From contig JBBQRQ010000132.1 in the NCBI GenBank assembly GCA_038214755.1, forward strand, positions 1 to 10,256: DNA of 10,256 nt. The letters run 5' to 3'. Made by a program: the position numbers and the translations under genes. Positions within the stretch are counted from its first letter, which is position 1; the number at the start of each line of letters is the position of its first letter. The stretch comes from Verrucomicrobiota bacterium (GTDB lineage Bacteria > Verrucomicrobiota > Verrucomicrobiia > Limisphaerales > CANJXF01). The notes under the pieces were generated by a model. That model made no database searches. It was not told where the DNA came from and saw nothing but the letters and a program-made list of their open reading frames with translations. Below, in pieces: positions 7,461-10,256 of the stretch.

Positions 7461-7625
7461 AAATCCGAAATCCGAAATCCGAAAGAAATCCGAAGCCCGA
7501 AGGCCGAAGACTGCGGAACTATGCGGATGGCAAAGCACTTTGCCGGGCGCTGGCGGCAAATCGTTTTCGATATTCGGATTTTCTTTCGGATTTCGGGGAT
7601 TCGGATTTCGGATTTCGCACTTCGG
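7461..7625. repeat. Inverted pair of (AAATCCG)n heptamer arrays
   Basis: Left arm AAATCCG x3-AAAG-AAATCCG-AAGCCCG-AAGGCCGAA (7461-7508); right arm TTCGATATTCGGATTTTCTTTCGGATTTCGGGGATTCGGATTTCGGATTTCGCACTTCGG (7566-7625) is the reverse-complement pattern, including the AAAG/CTTT interruption. Confidence 0.9.
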
Positions 7626-7683
7626 GTTAAGTTAGCTGATTCCAGTTGCGGGAGGAATTATTTGCGGCAAACGTCTTTTCGCG

Positions 7684-8400
7684 ATGCCAAAAATTTCACG
7701 AACCAAAAAGTTTTTACCGTTCGTGTATGTCAATGTGGCCACAACCGCCGATGGAAAAATCGCTCCGGCCAATCGGCACTTCGAACCGTTCAGCAGCAAA
7801 TGCGATCGCCAGCTTTTGCTCCTGCTCCGATCTCAAGCCGATGCCGTAATGTCTGGCGCGCGCACGGTGGATTCGGTCCCGGTCAACCTCGGCCCAGGCG
7901 GAAAAAAATATCGCGCACTCCGCCTCCAGCGCGGTTTGTCGGAATATAATTTACGGATCGTCGTCAGCGGCGCGGCGTCCATCGATCCCGGAGCGGAAAT
8001 TTTTAAACACCAATTCTCGCCAATCATCATTTTGAGCACCGAACGCGCCGACAAAAAGCGCGTCGCAGTTTTGCACAAACTGGGCGCTGAAGTAGTGGCT
8101 TTCGGAGAACAAGAACTGGATTTTACCAGCGCGTTTCGTTGGCTGCGGGAAAAGCGCGGGGTCAAACGGCTGCTCTGCGAAGGCGGGGGCGAAATAAATG
8201 CCGCGCTCTTCCGGGCCGATTTGGTGGACGAGGTTTACCAAACAATTTGTCCACTGATTTTTGGCGGATTTGACGCTCCAACCATGGCGGACGGGGAAGG
8301 AATCGAAAAACTCAGCGACGCGATTCGGCTCAAAATGAAATCAATGAAACGCCACGGTGATGAGTTGTATCTGGTTTGGAAAGTTCTGCGACAAAGGTAG
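7684..8400 (+). CDS. RibD C-terminal domain reductase (pyrimidine reductase / DHFR fold), stand-alone
   Basis: PFVYVNVATTADGKIA, LRSQADAVMSGARTV, LLCEGGGEINAALFRADLVDEV, PLIFGG..APT; no N-terminal deaminase domain. Confidence 0.9.
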   Translation: MPKISRTKKFLPFVYVNVATTADGKIAPANRHFEPFSSKCDRQLLLLLRSQADAVMSGARTVDSVPVNLGPGGKKYRALRLQRGLSEYNLRIVVSGAASIDPGAEIFKHQFSPIIILSTERADKKRVAVLHKLGAEVVAFGEQELDFTSAFRWLREKRGVKRLLCEGGGEINAALFRADLVDEVYQTICPLIFGGFDAPTMADGEGIEKLSDAIRLKMKSMKRHGDELYLVWKVLRQR

Positions 8401-8423
8401 GGCGCGTCACTCCGTGCGCGCCG
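8397..8423 (+). repeat. Single GTAG-type REP hairpin overlapping the stop codon
   Basis: GTAG-GGCGCG-T-CAC-TCC-GTG-CGCGCC-G: bulged hairpin directly after GTAG, whose TAG (8398-8400) is the gene's stop. Confidence 0.72.
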
Positions 8424-8487
8424 ACACGCTCGCACAAAAATGGTTCTTCGACATTTTCAGTGGAATAGAGGCCGGTTGTTCCCAAAA

Positions 8488-8585
8488 AGCGGTGGAGGGC
8501 CACCGCAGTCCAAGACGCTGTCGCGCGATTTGTGCACCATCGAAATTCGCGAGAGCGTCTTGGACTGCGGTGGCCCTCCACCGCT
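8488..8585. repeat. Long inverted repeat (REPIN-like doublet)
   Basis: Arms 8488-8525 and 8548-8585 are reverse complements at 37/38 positions with a 22-nt loop; each arm has an internal hairpin GCGGTGG-AGGG-CCACCGC. Confidence 0.92.
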
Positions 8586-8695
8586 CTTGTCACGGCGACC
8601 ACACAGCTCCGCCGACGGGGAGGGCGTCACTTCTGCGACCGGAACTTTACTCCGGGAATTTTTGGAAATGGGATCCATTCATTACCACACGCGGC

Positions 8696-8724
8696 TTGAC
8701 CTGTTTCTTTTCAAAACCTAGGTT
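8696..8724 (+). promoter_or_regulatory. Putative sigma70 promoter of tig
   Basis: TTGACC (8696-8701), 17-nt spacer, TAGGTT (8719-8724); followed by a small hairpin CTCGCC-GTTT-GGCGAG (8731-8746) at the predicted mRNA 5' end. Confidence 0.5.
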
Positions 8725-8807
8725 CTTCCGCTCGCCGTTTGGCGAGATTTAATTTTGCGTGAAGACATCCGTTTCACGCCGGAAAAATAATTACAGAAAA
8801 GGTATTT

Positions 8808-10133
8808 GTGAACGTCACCGTAGAAAATTTGGCGCCGTGTAAAAAATTGTTGCGCGTGGAAGTCGATGCCCAAAAAGTCGATGAAGCCTTTGATGCGATG
8901 CTGAAGAATTATCAGCGTCAAGCGGCGTTGCCAGGTTTTCGCCCCGGCAAAGCGCCGAAAGCAATGGTTGAAAAACGTTACGGGAGCGACATTCAGGATG
9001 AGGTAAAAAAGAAATTGATTCCCGACGCTTATCGAGAAGCAATCAAAGAACAAAAGCTGGACGTGGTCGGTTATCCGGACATCGAGGAAATTCAATTTGG
9101 CCGGGGGCAGCCACTGCAATTTGCCGCGACGATTGAGACTGCGCCCGAATTTGAAATGCCCGATTACAAAGGCCTTCCCGCGATTCGTGAAAAAACGGAA
9201 GTCAGCGACGAGGACGTGGAAAAGGCGATTACGCTTTTGCGTGAACGACAACTAAATTTTCGCACGGTCGAGCGCGAACTAAAAGAAGGAGATGTCGTCG
9301 TGGTCAATTTCACCGGCGTCTGCGAAGGAAAACCCATCACCGACATCGCGCCCACCGCGAAAGGTTTGACGGAGCAAAAGAATTTTTGGATCAACGCGGA
9401 CAAAAATTCTTTCATCCCCAGTTTCGCCGATCAATTGATCGGGGCCAAAGCATTCGATAAAAAAACTGTGACCGTCGATTTCCCCGTGGATTTTGTCACG
9501 CCGCAATTGCAAGGCAAACAGGGTGTGTACGAGGTCGAGGTGGTGGAGATCAAAGAGAAGATTTTGCCGGAACTCAACGAGGAGTTCGCCAAAGCTTACG
9601 GAGCGGAAAGTCTGGAAAAATTACGCGAAGGGGTTCGCACTGATTTGGCCAACGAACTCAAATACAAACAGGAGCGCAGCGTTCGAGATCAGGTCGTCAA
9701 GGGATTATTGGATCGCGTGAAATGTGAACTGCCCGAATCGGCGGTGACCCACGAAACGCGCAATGTGGTTTACGACATCGTCAGCGAAAATCAGAAGCGG
9801 GGCATTTCCAAGGAGTTGATCGACCAGCAGAAAAACGAAATTTACAGTGCGGCGAACTCGACCGCCAAAGATCGGATCAAGGCGTTGTTTCTTTTCCAGA
9901 AAATTGCGGAGAAAGAAAAAATCAACGTGGAGCAAAACGAGTTGATGCAACGCATTCAGCAATTGGCCGCCAACTATCAAATGCCGCCCGACAAATTCGT
10001 CAAAGAATTGCAAAAGAGAAATGGCGTGCAGGAAATCCATAACCAGGTCCAGAGCGAAAAGGTGATTGATTTCCTGGTGAACAACGCGGCGATCAAAGAA
10101 GCACCACCGGAAAAAACATCGAGCGAAAAATAA
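8808..10133 (+). CDS. tig: Trigger factor (ribosome-associated chaperone / FKBP-type PPIase)
   Basis: 441 aa, GTG start with AAAGG upstream; ribosome-binding signature LPGFRPGKAP; FKBP-like segment GDVVVVNFTG...FIPSFADQLIG...VDFPVDF; helical C-terminal domain. Confidence 0.98.
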   Translation: MNVTVENLAPCKKLLRVEVDAQKVDEAFDAMLKNYQRQAALPGFRPGKAPKAMVEKRYGSDIQDEVKKKLIPDAYREAIKEQKLDVVGYPDIEEIQFGRGQPLQFAATIETAPEFEMPDYKGLPAIREKTEVSDEDVEKAITLLRERQLNFRTVERELKEGDVVVVNFTGVCEGKPITDIAPTAKGLTEQKNFWINADKNSFIPSFADQLIGAKAFDKKTVTVDFPVDFVTPQLQGKQGVYEVEVVEIKEKILPELNEEFAKAYGAESLEKLREGVRTDLANELKYKQERSVRDQVVKGLLDRVKCELPESAVTHETRNVVYDIVSENQKRGISKELIDQQKNEIYSAANSTAKDRIKALFLFQKIAEKEKINVEQNELMQRIQQLAANYQMPPDKFVKELQKRNGVQEIHNQVQSEKVIDFLVNNAAIKEAPPEKTSSEK

Positions 10134-10256
10134 AGTAGCGGCGTGGGGGGCACCCCGGGCCAGAAACATTTACACCCCCCGGGCGTACCCAACCGCAAAC
10201 GGGTGGGGCCCCCCCCCCGAACAAAAAAACCCCCCGAGACGCACCACCGAGGACTA

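Noticed and set aside
7398..7949. 183-aa ORF and antisense ORF 7167-7559
   Set aside because: They read through the heptamer repeats (KSEIRNPK, FRISDF) and overlap real genes.
7461..8640. CRISPR array or integron attC array
   Set aside because: No regularly spaced direct repeats with unique spacers, no RYYYAAC...GTTRRRY cassette pattern, and no cas or integrase genes.
8330..8752. ORFs 8330-8602, 8357-8752, 8440-8721 and 8457-8678
   Set aside because: Artefacts of the inverted repeat: the same peptides (SGGGPPQSKTLSR, AVEGHRSPR) appear on both strands.
8590..8807. tRNA upstream of tig, a common arrangement
   Set aside because: No cloverleaf or T-loop GTTCRA with a matching acceptor stem found.
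244..10198. Numerous antisense and alternate-frame ORFs within aguA, hisD, the oxidoreductase, the DUF6600-like gene, the RibD-like gene and tig
   Set aside because: Shadow ORFs expected from codon bias; they overlap well-supported genes and lack motifs.

Overview
Bacterial housekeeping region, probably a Verrucomicrobiota (Pedosphaerales-like) contig; the taxon is inferred from gene content and repeat style and was not verified. Gene order: agmatine deiminase (+), a lower-GC Cys-rich orphan (-), hisD (-), a Tat-exported Gfo/Idh/MocA oxidoreductase (-), a large DUF6600-type putative lipoprotein with a long P/S/T/A/R tail (+), a stand-alone RibD C-terminal reductase (+) and trigger factor (+). 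I see no defence system, CRISPR array, RNA gene or transposase. The notable signal is non-coding: most gene boundaries carry a different short palindromic (REP/REPIN-like) or heptamer-repeat element. One appears to be inserted in frame into the lipoprotein signal peptide, where removing 36 codons restores a canonical 25-residue signal ending in the lipobox Cys. Another supplies the stop codon of the RibD-like gene. A three-hairpin element and a decayed direct copy of it flank the oxidoreductase. Both window ends look like low-quality sequence.
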